DNA from: Bdellovibrionota bacterium
GTDB taxonomy: Bacteria > Bdellovibrionota > UBA1018 > CAIPTA01 > JAALKR01
DNA length: 64,000 nucleotides
Assembly: GCA_965207455.1 (NCBI GenBank)
Contig: CBDBMJ010000001.1
Coordinates: 1,088,001 to 1,152,000 of the forward strand
Direction: 5' to 3'
The notes below the pieces were generated by a model that saw only the letters and a list, made by a program, of their open reading frames with translations, did not search any database and had not been told where the DNA came from. The number at the start of each line of letters is the position of its first letter. Within the stretch, counting starts at the first letter, position 1. Position numbers and translations under genes: made by a program. This document shows, one piece after another, positions 38,960-49,394 of this stretch.

Positions 38960-39813
38960 AACCCGTAGAGTTATCCCATATTACTTTCCCCAATAAAAAC
39001 CTTGTGTGTCTTCTGGGCGTAAACGTGCTGGAAGATGAGGGGCTCGCCAAGGAAACGGCAACGGAGCTCCAGCGCATTACCAAAAAACTTTCCCTTCCTT
39101 TTATTTTTAAAGCCAGTTTCGACAAAGCCAACCGCTCCTCCATCCACAGCTACCGGGGTGTGGGAATGAAAAAAGGACTGAAAATTTTAGAAACCATAAA
39201 GAGCACGCTCAATGTTCCCATCGTTACGGACGTTCACGAGTTGGGACAAGCAGCGACGGTGGGTGAGGTGGCAGACCTTATCCAAATCCCTGCCTTTCTT
39301 TGCCGTCAAACCGATCTGTTGGTAGAGGCTGCCCAAGTGGTGGAGAAAACAGGGGGAGCCCTTCATATTAAAAAAGGACAGTTCCTTGCCCCCTGGGATT
39401 GCCGTAATATTTTAGAAAAGGTGTCTCAAGCGGCGCCCTCCAGGCCCCTTGCTATTTTATGCGAGCGGGGAACCAGCTTTGGTTATAATAACCTAGTGGT
39501 GGATGTTTTAGGTATTCCCTATATGCGATCCCTTGGCGCTCCCGTTACCATTGATGCCACCCACGGAGTGCAACTTCCGGGAACGGGTACGGGCCCCGGA
39601 GGAGAGCAATCGGTTGCAGGGGGACGACGAGAGGGCGTGCAATCCATTGCCGCTGCTGCCATTGCCGTGGGTGCCGATGCTGTATTTTTAGAGTTTCACC
39701 CCAACCCCGAAAAAGCCAAGTGCGACGGACCCAGTTGCCTTCCCCTACAGGATGGAGAGAAAATCCTAAGCTATTTGAAAAAAATACACTCAGCGGTTTC
39801 CCATGATCACTAA
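38956..39813 (+). CDS. kdsA: KDO 8-phosphate synthase
   Basis: [43 protein letters not shown]. Confidence 0.96.
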   Translation: MKPVELSHITFPNKNLVCLLGVNVLEDEGLAKETATELQRITKKLSLPFIFKASFDKANRSSIHSYRGVGMKKGLKILETIKSTLNVPIVTDVHELGQAATVGEVADLIQIPAFLCRQTDLLVEAAQVVEKTGGALHIKKGQFLAPWDCRNILEKVSQAAPSRPLAILCERGTSFGYNNLVVDVLGIPYMRSLGAPVTIDATHGVQLPGTGTGPGGEQSVAGGRREGVQSIAAAAIAVGADAVFLEFHPNPEKAKCDGPSCLPLQDGEKILSYLKKIHSAVSHDH

Positions 39814-40348
39814 AGAAATCTTTCCCACCCTCCAAGGGCTTCGCGCTTTACTGTTAGACGTGGACGGAGTAATGACGGACACTCGCCTATCCTGGATAGA
39901 GGGCAGCGGCTGGGTGCGAACCTTTAGTGTAAAGGACGGCTACGGAGTGCATTTATTAAAAAAAATAGGGCTACATATTGGAATTATTTCTGCGGGAAAA
40001 TCCGAGAGTGTTTTTCAGCGAGCGAAAGCCATGGATATTGAACACATCTATCTGGGTAGTACGGATAAGGTGGCAAGCTATGAAGAAATAAAATCCAAGG
40101 TAGGGTTTGAAGACAGGGAGGCTGCCTTTGTGGGAGACGATCTGTTCGACATTCCTCTACTTAAAAAAGTTGGCTTTGCTGCCACCGTTCCCGATGCGGT
40201 TCGTGAAGTAAAGGAAATAACCATGTACACCACAAAAACACCCGGAGGACTAGGTGCTGTACGAGAAATTGCGGACATCATACGCTACGCCAAGGACGCA
40301 AAAAACTACACTTCTTTTTTAGAACAATATGAAGCTTCTTACCCATAA
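39803..40348 (+). CDS. kdsC: KDO 8-phosphate phosphatase (HAD)
   Basis: LDVDGVMTD, KDGYG, GDDLFD, GGLGAVRE. Confidence 0.93.
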   Translation: MITKEIFPTLQGLRALLLDVDGVMTDTRLSWIEGSGWVRTFSVKDGYGVHLLKKIGLHIGIISAGKSESVFQRAKAMDIEHIYLGSTDKVASYEEIKSKVGFEDREAAFVGDDLFDIPLLKKVGFAATVPDAVREVKEITMYTTKTPGGLGAVREIADIIRYAKDAKNYTSFLEQYEASYP

Positions 40349-41294
40349 ATTATACCGATACATTATCCCTCTTTGTATTTTCACCTCCCTATGGGTGCTC
40401 ACCCCCACCACGCTCCACCCAGGAAATTTGGAAAACTCCAGCGACAACGAATTTTCCGTACCCGACTACCGAATGAAAAATTTTCGCTACATCTCCACAG
40501 AAAACAATAAAAAAGAAATAGAGCTGTATGCGGCAGAAGCTAATTATTTTTTAAAAAAGCAATATCTCCGTAGCAGTCACACGGTGGCCTATATCTACAA
40601 TGAAAAGGGTGAAAAAACAGAGGTAACGAGCAATAAAGGTTTATTTATGATCAAGGACAGGTATTTAGAACTTAGTGGCGATGTGAATTCCATCAGTCAA
40701 GACAGTTTCAGGCTAGCAGGTGAAAAAATACAGTACAATATCAATAAACGAAAAATCTCCATACCCAACCCGTTTTCTGGAGAGCTGGAAAGCCAAAAGC
40801 TAAAAATTTCAGCCAACTCGGGCAGCTTAGATTTAAACGCCAACACCATTGCCTTCCAAGGACGTGTTTCCATAGTCTATAAAGATCCCAGCCATGGAAT
40901 AATGTCCATCAAAGCACAAAAGACTAACCTATATAGGGATCAGTACCGATTAGTTTGTACGGAACGAGTGCGACTGAGGCAAAATAAAATAAAGTTAAGC
41001 AGTGACACCTTATCCTTGAGCTATAACAGCAAGTTAAGGAGCGGAAGAAAAGGATTGAAATATATGCGAGCCAGTGGAAACGTAATCATTAAAGACAATA
41101 GGCTTGGGTATAGTCGATCTCAGGAGGCAGAGTTCTCCCGGTCCACGGATGCGATAGTGCTCAAGGGTCACCCTTCTCTATACAGCAAAAAAGGTACTGT
41201 TACGGGAGATACATTAATTCTCCACCGCTCCACAGGTGTGATAGAAGTAAAATCCACCAACGCCTCTATTACATTCGAAGGAAAGAAAAAATGA
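40329..41294 (+). CDS. lptC: LPS export periplasmic protein, LptC extended with LptA/OstA-like beta-jellyroll domains
   Basis: Position between kdsC and lptB; N-terminal TM; C-terminal ASGNV.I...AEF....IVL.G.P.L....V.GD LptA-type pattern. Confidence 0.75.
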   Translation: MKLLTHKLYRYIIPLCIFTSLWVLTPTTLHPGNLENSSDNEFSVPDYRMKNFRYISTENNKKEIELYAAEANYFLKKQYLRSSHTVAYIYNEKGEKTEVTSNKGLFMIKDRYLELSGDVNSISQDSFRLAGEKIQYNINKRKISIPNPFSGELESQKLKISANSGSLDLNANTIAFQGRVSIVYKDPSHGIMSIKAQKTNLYRDQYRLVCTERVRLRQNKIKLSSDTLSLSYNSKLRSGRKGLKYMRASGNVIIKDNRLGYSRSQEAEFSRSTDAIVLKGHPSLYSKKGTVTGDTLILHRSTGVIEVKSTNASITFEGKKK

Positions 41295-42016
41295 AAAAAC
41301 TCAGTGCCAAGAACCTAAGCAAGACCTTTAACAAAGAGCATTTAGCCGTTGACAACGTCAGTTTTGAGGTAAATCAAGGAGAGATCGTGGGATTGCTGGG
41401 ACCCAACGGCGCAGGAAAAACCACTAGCTTTTATATGGCTATCGGGCTTCTGTATCCCGACCAGGGTGAAATTTTCTTAAACGATGAGAACATCACCCAC
41501 CTTCCCATGCACCAACGCTCCCGACTGGGTATGGGATACCTTCCCCAAGAACCCTCTGTCTTCCAAAACCTAAGCGTATACGACAATATCTTTGGCGTGC
41601 TGGAAATCCAGGGCCTAAGTTCTAAGCTATGTCGTGAGCGCACTGAAGCCATCCTGGGAGACTTCTCCCTCACTGCCGTGGCTAAATCCCTGGGAACTGT
41701 TTTATCGGGTGGGGAACGAAGGCGTGTAGAAATTGCAAGAGCACTGGCCCTAAGCCCAGACTTCTTACTTCTCGACGAACCCTTTGCAGGTATCGATCCC
41801 ATCGCCATGAGCGATATTCAAAACCTCATCTCCATGCTGCAAGCTCGTGGCGTGGGTGTTTTAATAACAGACCATAACGTGAGGGAAACACTAAAAATTT
41901 GTAATTCTGCCTATATTCTTATCTCTGGCAAAATAGAGGCCTCAGGTTCACCGGATACGGTTGCCAAGAGCTCCATAGCAAGAGATAATTATTTAGGTAA
42001 GGATTTTCAGTTTTAA
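41291..42016 (+). CDS. lptB: LPS export ABC ATPase
   Basis: GPNGAGKTT, YLPQE, LSGGERRR, LDEPFAGIDP, ITDHNVRE. Confidence 0.97.
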   Translation: MKKLSAKNLSKTFNKEHLAVDNVSFEVNQGEIVGLLGPNGAGKTTSFYMAIGLLYPDQGEIFLNDENITHLPMHQRSRLGMGYLPQEPSVFQNLSVYDNIFGVLEIQGLSSKLCRERTEAILGDFSLTAVAKSLGTVLSGGERRRVEIARALALSPDFLLLDEPFAGIDPIAMSDIQNLISMLQARGVGVLITDHNVRETLKICNSAYILISGKIEASGSPDTVAKSSIARDNYLGKDFQF

Positions 42017-42031
42017 AAAACGATAGGGTAA

Positions 42032-43513
42032 ATGATGGCACTAGAAATAAAAGCAAGTTTAAAGCTAAGTCAAAGCCTGGTGATGACTCCTCAGTTGCAA
42101 CAAGCTATCAAACTCCTGCAACTAAACCGCCATGAAATGCAACAGATGATCAATCAAGAACTGGTGGAAAACCCCCTCCTAGAGGAGGTGGGAGCAGAAA
42201 TAGAAGAGTTGGAAAAAACAGACCTAGAGGACAAGGAGTTGGAGGGTCCCAGTTCTGCTGAATCCATGCAACCGTCCAGTGAAAATAAATTAGTGGAAGG
42301 TAAGGCCGATGATATTGATTGGGAAGAATACATGGAAAGCTTTACTTCCAGCCCACCGCTGCCCAATACAAAGTCAGCCCCTGAGGAATTACCAAATTTT
42401 GAAAACATGGTTTCCAAGGAAATGAACTTGGTGGATCACCTTATGTGGCAGGCAGGCACGTCGGGAATGACCTTGAAGGAAATGGAGCTTTGTCGCCATA
42501 TCGTGGGTAACTTGAATGAGGACGGTCACTTTATGGGTTCTCTCGAAGATATAACTCAAGAACTGAGCTTTGATATCGAAGACGCCCAGGAAGTTTTAAA
42601 AATGATTCAAAAGTTTGATCCCGTGGGAGTGGCGTCACGGGATCTGAGGGAATGTTTACTCAATCAAATAGGAGTGACGGAAGAAAATGAAGACTCCCTA
42701 TTGGTAGATGTAATTTCCAACCATTTAGATAATTTAGAAAACCGAAACTACCAGGCCATCATAAAAGCCACAGGCCATTCTTTAGAAGATATCTACACCA
42801 TAACGAAGCAGATACTGCAACTAAACCCCAAGCCGGGAAGGGAATTTACGTCGATGGCTAATACCCAATATATCGTCCCTGACATTTATGTGGCAAAAGT
42901 GGGAGACGAGTACACCATTACGTTAAATGAAGAGGGGCTTCCCAACCTCCGTGTATCCAGTTATTACCGAAAGGTTCTCAAGCAAACACGCCTAGAGGCA
43001 AAATCAAAAGGAGACAATTCCAAGGAATATATACAGGAAAAGCTCCGCTCTGCTGTATGGCTTATTAAATCCATTCACAACCGACAAAAAACTATCTATC
43101 GCGTGATGGAATCCATTGTGGACTACCAACGAGATTTTTTTGATCGGGGAATCCAGCACCTGCGTCCCATGGTTTTACGGGAAGTTGCCAACGACGTGGG
43201 AGTGCATGAAAGCACCATCTCCAGAGTAACCACAAATAAATATGCCCATACCCCCATGGGGATTTTTGAGTTAAAGTTTTTCTTTAATAGCGGCATACCC
43301 TCCACTCGCAGTGGCACTGATATTTCCAGCGAAAGCGTGAGACAAAAAATTAGAAAAATGATCGAGTCCGAGAATTCAATGAAGCCCCTTTCCGATAAAA
43401 AACTCTCGGATCTGCTCAAAGAAGAAGACATACAGGTTGCTAGAAGAACCATAGCAAAATACCGGGAAAGTTTGAGTATATTGAGCTCTACCCGTAGGAA
43501 AAAATTATTTTAA
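42032..43513 (+). CDS. rpoN: RNA polymerase sigma-54 factor
   Basis: MTPQLQQAIKLLQL, HESTISR, RpoN box ARRTIAKYR. Confidence 0.98.
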   Translation: MMALEIKASLKLSQSLVMTPQLQQAIKLLQLNRHEMQQMINQELVENPLLEEVGAEIEELEKTDLEDKELEGPSSAESMQPSSENKLVEGKADDIDWEEYMESFTSSPPLPNTKSAPEELPNFENMVSKEMNLVDHLMWQAGTSGMTLKEMELCRHIVGNLNEDGHFMGSLEDITQELSFDIEDAQEVLKMIQKFDPVGVASRDLRECLLNQIGVTEENEDSLLVDVISNHLDNLENRNYQAIIKATGHSLEDIYTITKQILQLNPKPGREFTSMANTQYIVPDIYVAKVGDEYTITLNEEGLPNLRVSSYYRKVLKQTRLEAKSKGDNSKEYIQEKLRSAVWLIKSIHNRQKTIYRVMESIVDYQRDFFDRGIQHLRPMVLREVANDVGVHESTISRVTTNKYAHTPMGIFELKFFFNSGIPSTRSGTDISSESVRQKIRKMIESENSMKPLSDKKLSDLLKEEDIQVARRTIAKYRESLSILSSTRRKKLF

Positions 43514-43539
43514 CAACAACAAGAAAAGGAGACAAAATT

Positions 43540-43833
43540 ATGAGACTGGACATAACCCTAAAACACATTAACCACAGCGAGGAAATAAAGAGTTTTATCA
43601 ACGATAAAACACAAAAACTCACCCATTATTTTCATGGAAAAATCCATGCGGTTTGGACCATATCCTATGAACGGGATACCCATATATCTCACCTCCATGT
43701 GTTGGGAAATTCCATAGATTACTATTCGAACCACGAGGATCATAATATTTTAACTTCCATAGAGCACGCCGTGAGTAAGTTGGAAAAACAGTTGAAGAAG
43801 AAAAAGGAACAGCGGATTTCCAGAAGTGCTTAG
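43540..43833 (+). CDS. hpf: Ribosome hibernation promoting factor (HPF/RaiA)
   Basis: 97 aa directly after rpoN; I+ITLKH...I..K..KL and SI..AV.KLEKQL.K.K pattern. Confidence 0.85.
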   Translation: MRLDITLKHINHSEEIKSFINDKTQKLTHYFHGKIHAVWTISYERDTHISHLHVLGNSIDYYSNHEDHNILTSIEHAVSKLEKQLKKKKEQRISRSA

Positions 43834-43850
43834 GCTCTAAAAGGTAAGAG

Positions 43851-44873
43851 ATGAGCCAAACAAACATTTGCCTTAGAAGAGAGTCCCGACTCACGGAAAG
43901 GCGCACTCCCCTTTCCCCCGAAGATGCCCGCACCCTTATAAAATCTGGTCTTCAACTATGGGTGGAAACGAGTACTCAGCGTATATTTAAAGACGGAGAG
44001 TACGAAAACGCTGGCTGCACCATGATCGACTCCTGGGAAACCACTCCCACCCAAACATGGATTCTAGGACTTAAGGAACTCAAAGAGTCGGCTCACCTTT
44101 GCCACCGCCATATCTATTTTGCCCACGCCTTTAAGGGACAACCCCAAGCCCAACAAACCCTCTCCCGATTTGTGGCTGGAGGAGGAGGACTCTACGATCT
44201 GGAATACCTTACCCACCCGGACGGCACTCGAGTAGTGGCCTTTGGATTTTGGGCTGGTTATATGGGAGCCTCCCTAGGCGTTCTGCAAATGCTGGGAAAA
44301 CTCAACTCCCTAGAAACCTTTGATCACGAAGATCTACAAGCCCAACTCCAAGGTAATACCAAGGATATAAAGGCGCTTATAATCGGTCCAGGTGGTCGCT
44401 GTGGAGCGGGAGCCGCCTCTGCTCTATCTGAGGCCCATATCCAACCAACCGGCTGGGGCAAAAAGCATACAAAAAACATCAACCACGAAGAACTCTTTAC
44501 TCACCACCTGCTCATCAATGCAGTTGGGACTTATGGCAACGCTAAACCCTTCTTAACCAAGCAATTGATCGACGAGCACAAGGACCGCAAACTCCACACC
44601 ATCGTGGATGTAACCTGCGATCTGGGTTCCAAGTCCAATGCACTACCCATTTACAAACAGCTAACCACATGGAAGGATCCCGCCCAAGAAATTGCCCCCA
44701 ACCTATATATTATTGCTATCGATAACCTTCCCTCACTCCTACCCAAGGAAAGCAGTCTAGATTTTTCCCGTATCCTTACTCCCCATCTCTTAACACTAGA
44801 GCAGGGAGGAAACACTCCTTGGACCCGAACGTATGAGTGCTTTCAGTCGGCTATTGCTAACCTTGAAAAATAG
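43851..44873 (+). CDS. Saccharopine dehydrogenase (NAD+, L-lysine-forming; LYS1-like)
   Basis: LRRE....ERRTPL.P, ILGLKEL, H.YFAHAFKGQ, LYDLEYL, AFGFWAG, GRCGAGA, DVTCD, IDNLPSLLPKESS. Confidence 0.85.
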   Translation: MSQTNICLRRESRLTERRTPLSPEDARTLIKSGLQLWVETSTQRIFKDGEYENAGCTMIDSWETTPTQTWILGLKELKESAHLCHRHIYFAHAFKGQPQAQQTLSRFVAGGGGLYDLEYLTHPDGTRVVAFGFWAGYMGASLGVLQMLGKLNSLETFDHEDLQAQLQGNTKDIKALIIGPGGRCGAGAASALSEAHIQPTGWGKKHTKNINHEELFTHHLLINAVGTYGNAKPFLTKQLIDEHKDRKLHTIVDVTCDLGSKSNALPIYKQLTTWKDPAQEIAPNLYIIAIDNLPSLLPKESSLDFSRILTPHLLTLEQGGNTPWTRTYECFQSAIANLEK

Positions 44874-44986
44874 CGGCTTACAACTAGGGTTCAAGTGAAT
44901 AAAAATTATTTCCTTTTTCTATTGCGTTTTGTGCGACGTTGCGTATATTCTCTATATTAGAATAAACAACTGGAGAACTATAGTTT

Positions 44987-45463
44987 ATGAGTCAGATTAA
45001 TTACTCAAAGATATTCATCAGCAATCTTAACTTATACATGAAAGCAAAAAACTTAGACCAAGCAGAGGTGGCAAGAAAATCCGGACTTCTCCCCCAGGAA
45101 ATCTATAAATACCTACGGGGAAAGCGCTCTCCGGGCCTAAAAAATATATGTAGAATAGCATCAGCATTGGGAATCAGCCCAGCCCTTCTCCTATCCCATG
45201 AATCCATTCCAGTGGATTATATCCCCCAAGAGAAGTTAAATAGCATACTCATTAAGGTTATGGGCGAAATGAAAAAAGATCAGGTGCTGTTTAAAAATCT
45301 AACTGTAGCGAAGCCTGAGAATCTTCAACAAATGATAGAAAACCTCGGTGGCTGGAATAATTTATATTTTTTATTAAAAGAGGAAATGCACCTGCAAAAA
45401 ATGGGAGAAGAGAATTTTCAAAAATTACGAGATGATTTATTGAAAAAAACACTATTTGCTTAA
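44987..45463 (+). CDS. XRE-family HTH transcriptional regulator
   Basis: NLDQAEVARKSGL....IYKYLRGKRSPGLKNI.RIA.ALGI. Confidence 0.85.
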   Translation: MSQINYSKIFISNLNLYMKAKNLDQAEVARKSGLLPQEIYKYLRGKRSPGLKNICRIASALGISPALLLSHESIPVDYIPQEKLNSILIKVMGEMKKDQVLFKNLTVAKPENLQQMIENLGGWNNLYFLLKEEMHLQKMGEENFQKLRDDLLKKTLFA

Positions 45464-45475
45464 CCAGATTTTAAG

Positions 45476-45817
45476 GTGAGAGAGAGCATGTCAAACGCAT
45501 CAAGATTTTTAAAAGCTATTCGCTTGCGAAGAAGTTGGTCTGAAAGCCATGTTGCCTATAACGCTAAAATGACCACAGAAGCCTATTTAGATATTGAGAG
45601 CGATCCCTGTAGTGTTCCTCAAAAAACTCTAAATAAAGTATTCGATGCCCTAAAAGTCACCGAAGATGAATACACAGACTTTCAAATAGTTGCCAGACAG
45701 GAGATGTCTGAAGCAAGAAAAAAGGATAGGGAAAAACTCAAAATTGTGCCACTACATAAATCCATTGGCATCAATGATGAGAAAAAAGAAAAGAATGAAA
45801 AGTGTAAGCCCAAATAA
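45476..45817 (+). CDS. Second XRE-like HTH protein
   Basis: LKAIRLRRSWS...VA....M....Y..IE....V..KTL.KV.DAL. Confidence 0.6.
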   Translation: MRESMSNASRFLKAIRLRRSWSESHVAYNAKMTTEAYLDIESDPCSVPQKTLNKVFDALKVTEDEYTDFQIVARQEMSEARKKDREKLKIVPLHKSIGINDEKKEKNEKCKPK

Positions 45818-45917
45818 TCCATGGGCTAGCAAAATAGAACACCACTAATCTTGCTTCCTCTCTAGGAGCCTCTCCCCCAGCCTTCTCACAGGAATAAAAC
45901 TCGCATAGCCCCCATCC

Positions 45918-46517
45918 ATGTGGTCTCTTCTTTTCCAACCCTTTGTCTGCCTCCATTGTGAATCTCCCTTAGGTCACTGCCGACCCCAAGCCCTTTGCCA
46001 ATCTTGCTATGCGTCATTCAGCCCTTCCTCCCATCCCCATTCCTTATTTTCCTATACTCCGGTTGCCCAAACCCTGCTCCATCAAATGAACAAACGCCAT
46101 AACCCGCTATGCTTGAATATTTTTCTAAGTGCTTTATTAAAAAAAATCCAGCCACTCCAGAAACCTTGGGACTGCATCCTTACCGCTCCCAGCACACCGA
46201 GAATTATACCCAACTCCTTGGAGCGATTGTGCTTCCAGCTCTCCTCCCATCTCGAAATACCTTATTATTGGAGAGTGCTCCTAAAGAAAAAAAAGAGTCC
46301 TGCCCAGCACACAAAAACAGCCCAACAACGCCTAGACAGCCCCATTTTTATGGAAAAAAATCCTAAGCGTATGTTTCCATTGGAAAAAAAGAGAATTCTA
46401 TTGATTGACGACGTATACACAACGGGCACAACCACACTGCAAGCCCAGCATATACTCTCCCAAACCCAGGGCACTCGTGTAAGTGCATACACCCTAGTAC
46501 GACGAGAGGATCGCTAA
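45918..46517 (+). CDS. comF: ComF-family protein (zinc ribbon + PRTase)
   Basis: CLHC..LCQSC and LLIDDVYTTGTT. Confidence 0.8.
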   Translation: MWSLLFQPFVCLHCESPLGHCRPQALCQSCYASFSPSSHPHSLFSYTPVAQTLLHQMNKRHNPLCLNIFLSALLKKIQPLQKPWDCILTAPSTPRIIPNSLERLCFQLSSHLEIPYYWRVLLKKKKSPAQHTKTAQQRLDSPIFMEKNPKRMFPLEKKRILLIDDVYTTGTTTLQAQHILSQTQGTRVSAYTLVRREDR

Positions 46518-46996
46518 TAATGGATCTTCAACTGCTCCGAATCCTTGTGACCATGTTCTGCGAATTTAGAAATAAACTTCACAAAATAGAAAAGCGCTTT
46601 ATAGGATTTTGTGCCCTTATCAATCACAGCACCATACCTACGAACCGCTCTTCCATACTCAATGGAATTTATTGCTTGCACTATTTTTATGGAAACAGGT
46701 AAATAACTATCGGGGGAAAAGTATAGACGAAGATTGATATTGTCGTCCTTATCCCATTTCATTTTGCTGTTTTGAGACACACGAAAAGACATATCCCCTG
46801 CACTAATATCAATCATCTCAATGGCGTGTAAATCCTCTTGCTCCGCTTTGGCATACACACCTAAAAAATCTCGAAAAAGTACACGCTCATAGGAGCGCTT
46901 ACGCTTTTCTATCTCATTTTTCCTTGCACCATCAAAATTTAGCACATCTCCTAAAAAATGTTTTTCTTTACCAACCATAGTATTTGCCCTCACCAA
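46514..46996 (-). CDS. PilZ-domain protein
   Basis: RSYER and DISAGD (degenerate DxSxxG). Confidence 0.7.
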   Translation of the reverse strand: MVRANTMVGKEKHFLGDVLNFDGARKNEIEKRKRSYERVLFRDFLGVYAKAEQEDLHAIEMIDISAGDMSFRVSQNSKMKWDKDDNINLRLYFSPDSYLPVSIKIVQAINSIEYGRAVRRYGAVIDKGTKSYKALFYFVKFISKFAEHGHKDSEQLKIHY

Positions 46997-47047
46997 TAGT
47001 ACTTAACTGGCGTTTCGGCAGAAAATAAAGAAACTAAAGATAAATCT

Positions 47048-47404
47048 TCACACGTTTTCTTCAGGGAATACGGCACAGTCTATAGCCGTCTCTAGGAAAG
47101 ACAGGAAGTGGGAAAGGGCCTTGACGGATTTCACTCTCTTATACTTAACCGCAACGGTATCGTTCTTTGCACGAACAACCCTTACACTAATGGGCAGATA
47201 AAAAGAAGGACATGTATATAAATGAATATTCAACTCTTGGTCTTTGGTATACTTCTCTCCTGAAAAAAAGCTAAGTCCAGTGGTGCTCACGTCTCGCATA
47301 TAAATACGAGACATTCCCTGCTGCTTAGGAATTACTAAAAAAAAAGAAAAGGCATCTTGAATAGCTAGCCTACGATTCTTCCTACGCTCGTCTTCTCTAC
47401 TCAT
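47048..47404 (-). CDS. PilZ-domain protein
   Basis: RKNRR and DVSTTG motifs. Confidence 0.8.
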   Translation of the reverse strand: MSREDERRKNRRLAIQDAFSFFLVIPKQQGMSRIYMRDVSTTGLSFFSGEKYTKDQELNIHLYTCPSFYLPISVRVVRAKNDTVAVKYKRVKSVKALSHFLSFLETAIDCAVFPEENV

Positions 47405-47413
47405 TCCACTATC

Positions 47414-49255
47414 CTAGCGAGGAACAGCCCAGCTGGATTCTGGACCTTTGGTTCCATTCATCACCAATATATCTATGGGCTTCGTCGAAGGAGTAGCATT
47501 CTGGAAATGTTCCAACCCAAACCTATGGGCTAGGAGTTCTGCCACTGCAGACTCTTGAGCTGGCTCTGCAGACACCACCCGTTGCGTCTGGATTTTTAAT
47601 AGTGCTAAAAAACGTAAAAGCTTTTGGTGGTGTACGGGATAAAAGGCTTGCTTTTGAAAATCAGCCCCACTTAACTTTTGCTTTAATAGAGTTTCAATCT
47701 GATTGAGTACCGTATTTGTCTGAATCATAAATTGCTTCCAGGGACTCATCAATATAACAGGAATTAAGGGCTTAGAAGTGCTTGCCAAGGCTCTCCAAAT
47801 AGTGGCTCCCTCTACCTTTAGGAAAGTCCCTAGTTGATCTCTGATGAGTTGTTCCTGCTCAAGGGAAGTCCGTATCATTTCCTTCAATTCCCCCACTTCA
47901 TCTTGATAGCGTTTGCCTAGGGTAAGCTCATATTCCTTCATCTTATTTTTGTATATTTCTCTGTTCTTTGGACCCACAAAGATATTCTCTTTAAATTTTG
48001 CTGTGGGAAATTTTTTCGACATAACTGTGATGGAATAATGCCCCATAGGTATGGGCTTCCCCCGATCACTAAGTGGACCAACTTTAGCCAGACGGGTGTC
48101 TGCCACCAGCCCCCCTTTCTTTACGGTATAAAAAGTCTTGCCGATAATCTTTCCTGGCAATGCCTCCAAGTGAACTTGCAGCGCCGTACCCGGTGGAGCA
48201 TTGCTAGCAACATAAAAGATGGGATTGTACACACTGGTCTTAGACTTTGCTGCCACAAAGGCAATGCCTTGAGAACTTGGCTGCCCAGCAACCACTTTCA
48301 TCTTTTCATACGCACTGGCGTTCACATCGTCCAACTTAGGTAAAGTAGAAGAATAAAACTGCCAATAAAAAACTAAACCTACCAAAACAACAAGCATAGA
48401 GGTACCCATAAAGAGTTTTTTCCCATATTTTCGTTTTTCCACCCCAACATTTTCCATATCCTCATGGAAAACGTCTGTGTTTTCTTTCGTCACTTCCTTA
48501 CCAAAATCTAGGGTCAGGTCCTCTGCCAAAACAGTTGGTGCTTTAGGAAACGGATCCACAAGGCCAGGTTGCTTGCCTTCCAGTATTAACTTGAGTTCTG
48601 GAATACAGGTGGCATCTTGGAAATCCAACCATCCTGAACGCCAAAGCTGGAAGCCAGCAGCAAGCTCTCCCCCTTTTAGCATCTTATGGATACTCTCCAT
48701 GGAAAGCATGCCCGACACCTTGTTACCCGTACCTCGAACAATCCAGAGCGGTTGGCTGGAGTCCACCTCCATAGTGCCTTTTACTATATTTTGTACTGCA
48801 CCCATGGGAAGGACTTTTGTAAAAGACTCCTCTTCTCCTTGTTGCCCCTCCTCAGGAGAACCTAAAATCTTAAAATCTTCTTTATTTTTTAAATCTTGAT
48901 TGATATCCCAATTCGTCAAACTATGGATGGAAGTGCCCAATTCTATGGATTGAGGGTCCACAGCACCCTCATCGTCTCCCTGTAGAATAAATGGATCATC
49001 TAGGAATGAGGTTTTGCTTGCCTCTTCTTGTCCCTTTATGGCAGCGGGGTTCGTGGCCTCCTTGGACTCTAAAAAAACATGGAGTTCTAGAACAGTGGAA
49101 AGGGGCTGCCACTCTGCCATCCCGTCCTTCCAAACAAGGGTACTTGCCGTCAATAAGCCTTGGGAAATTTTAGCCGCTACCTCACCTTTGGTAAAGGGCC
49201 CCTCGTGCTTTTTCGCAAGGTAAAGAAACCAGATCTTTTCATCATTTTCTGTCAT
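47414..49255 (-). CDS. GYF_2 (DUF4339) domain membrane protein
   Basis: Start MTENDEKIWFLY; HEGPF...LVWKDGMAEWQPL; second GYF-like LWRSGWLDF; one TM helix, then a periplasmic domain. Confidence 0.75.
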   Translation of the reverse strand: MTENDEKIWFLYLAKKHEGPFTKGEVAAKISQGLLTASTLVWKDGMAEWQPLSTVLELHVFLESKEATNPAAIKGQEEASKTSFLDDPFILQGDDEGAVDPQSIELGTSIHSLTNWDINQDLKNKEDFKILGSPEEGQQGEEESFTKVLPMGAVQNIVKGTMEVDSSQPLWIVRGTGNKVSGMLSMESIHKMLKGGELAAGFQLWRSGWLDFQDATCIPELKLILEGKQPGLVDPFPKAPTVLAEDLTLDFGKEVTKENTDVFHEDMENVGVEKRKYGKKLFMGTSMLVVLVGLVFYWQFYSSTLPKLDDVNASAYEKMKVVAGQPSSQGIAFVAAKSKTSVYNPIFYVASNAPPGTALQVHLEALPGKIIGKTFYTVKKGGLVADTRLAKVGPLSDRGKPIPMGHYSITVMSKKFPTAKFKENIFVGPKNREIYKNKMKEYELTLGKRYQDEVGELKEMIRTSLEQEQLIRDQLGTFLKVEGATIWRALASTSKPLIPVILMSPWKQFMIQTNTVLNQIETLLKQKLSGADFQKQAFYPVHHQKLLRFLALLKIQTQRVVSAEPAQESAVAELLAHRFGLEHFQNATPSTKPIDILVMNGTKGPESSWAVPR

Positions 49256-49394
49256 ACCTACCCCAATACCTATACAATAAACCACTAATGGGGAAAAAAA
49301 AACAACTCTTTTGAGTATAGGAGCAGGAAATAACCCCCTGCGTCGCCATATTTTCACCCCTTCCTTTGCCAATTTAAGATAAAATAAATTTATT

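Noticed and set aside
44987..45817. Prophage immunity region
   Set aside because: The HTH genes are co-directional and no integrase or phage genes are nearby
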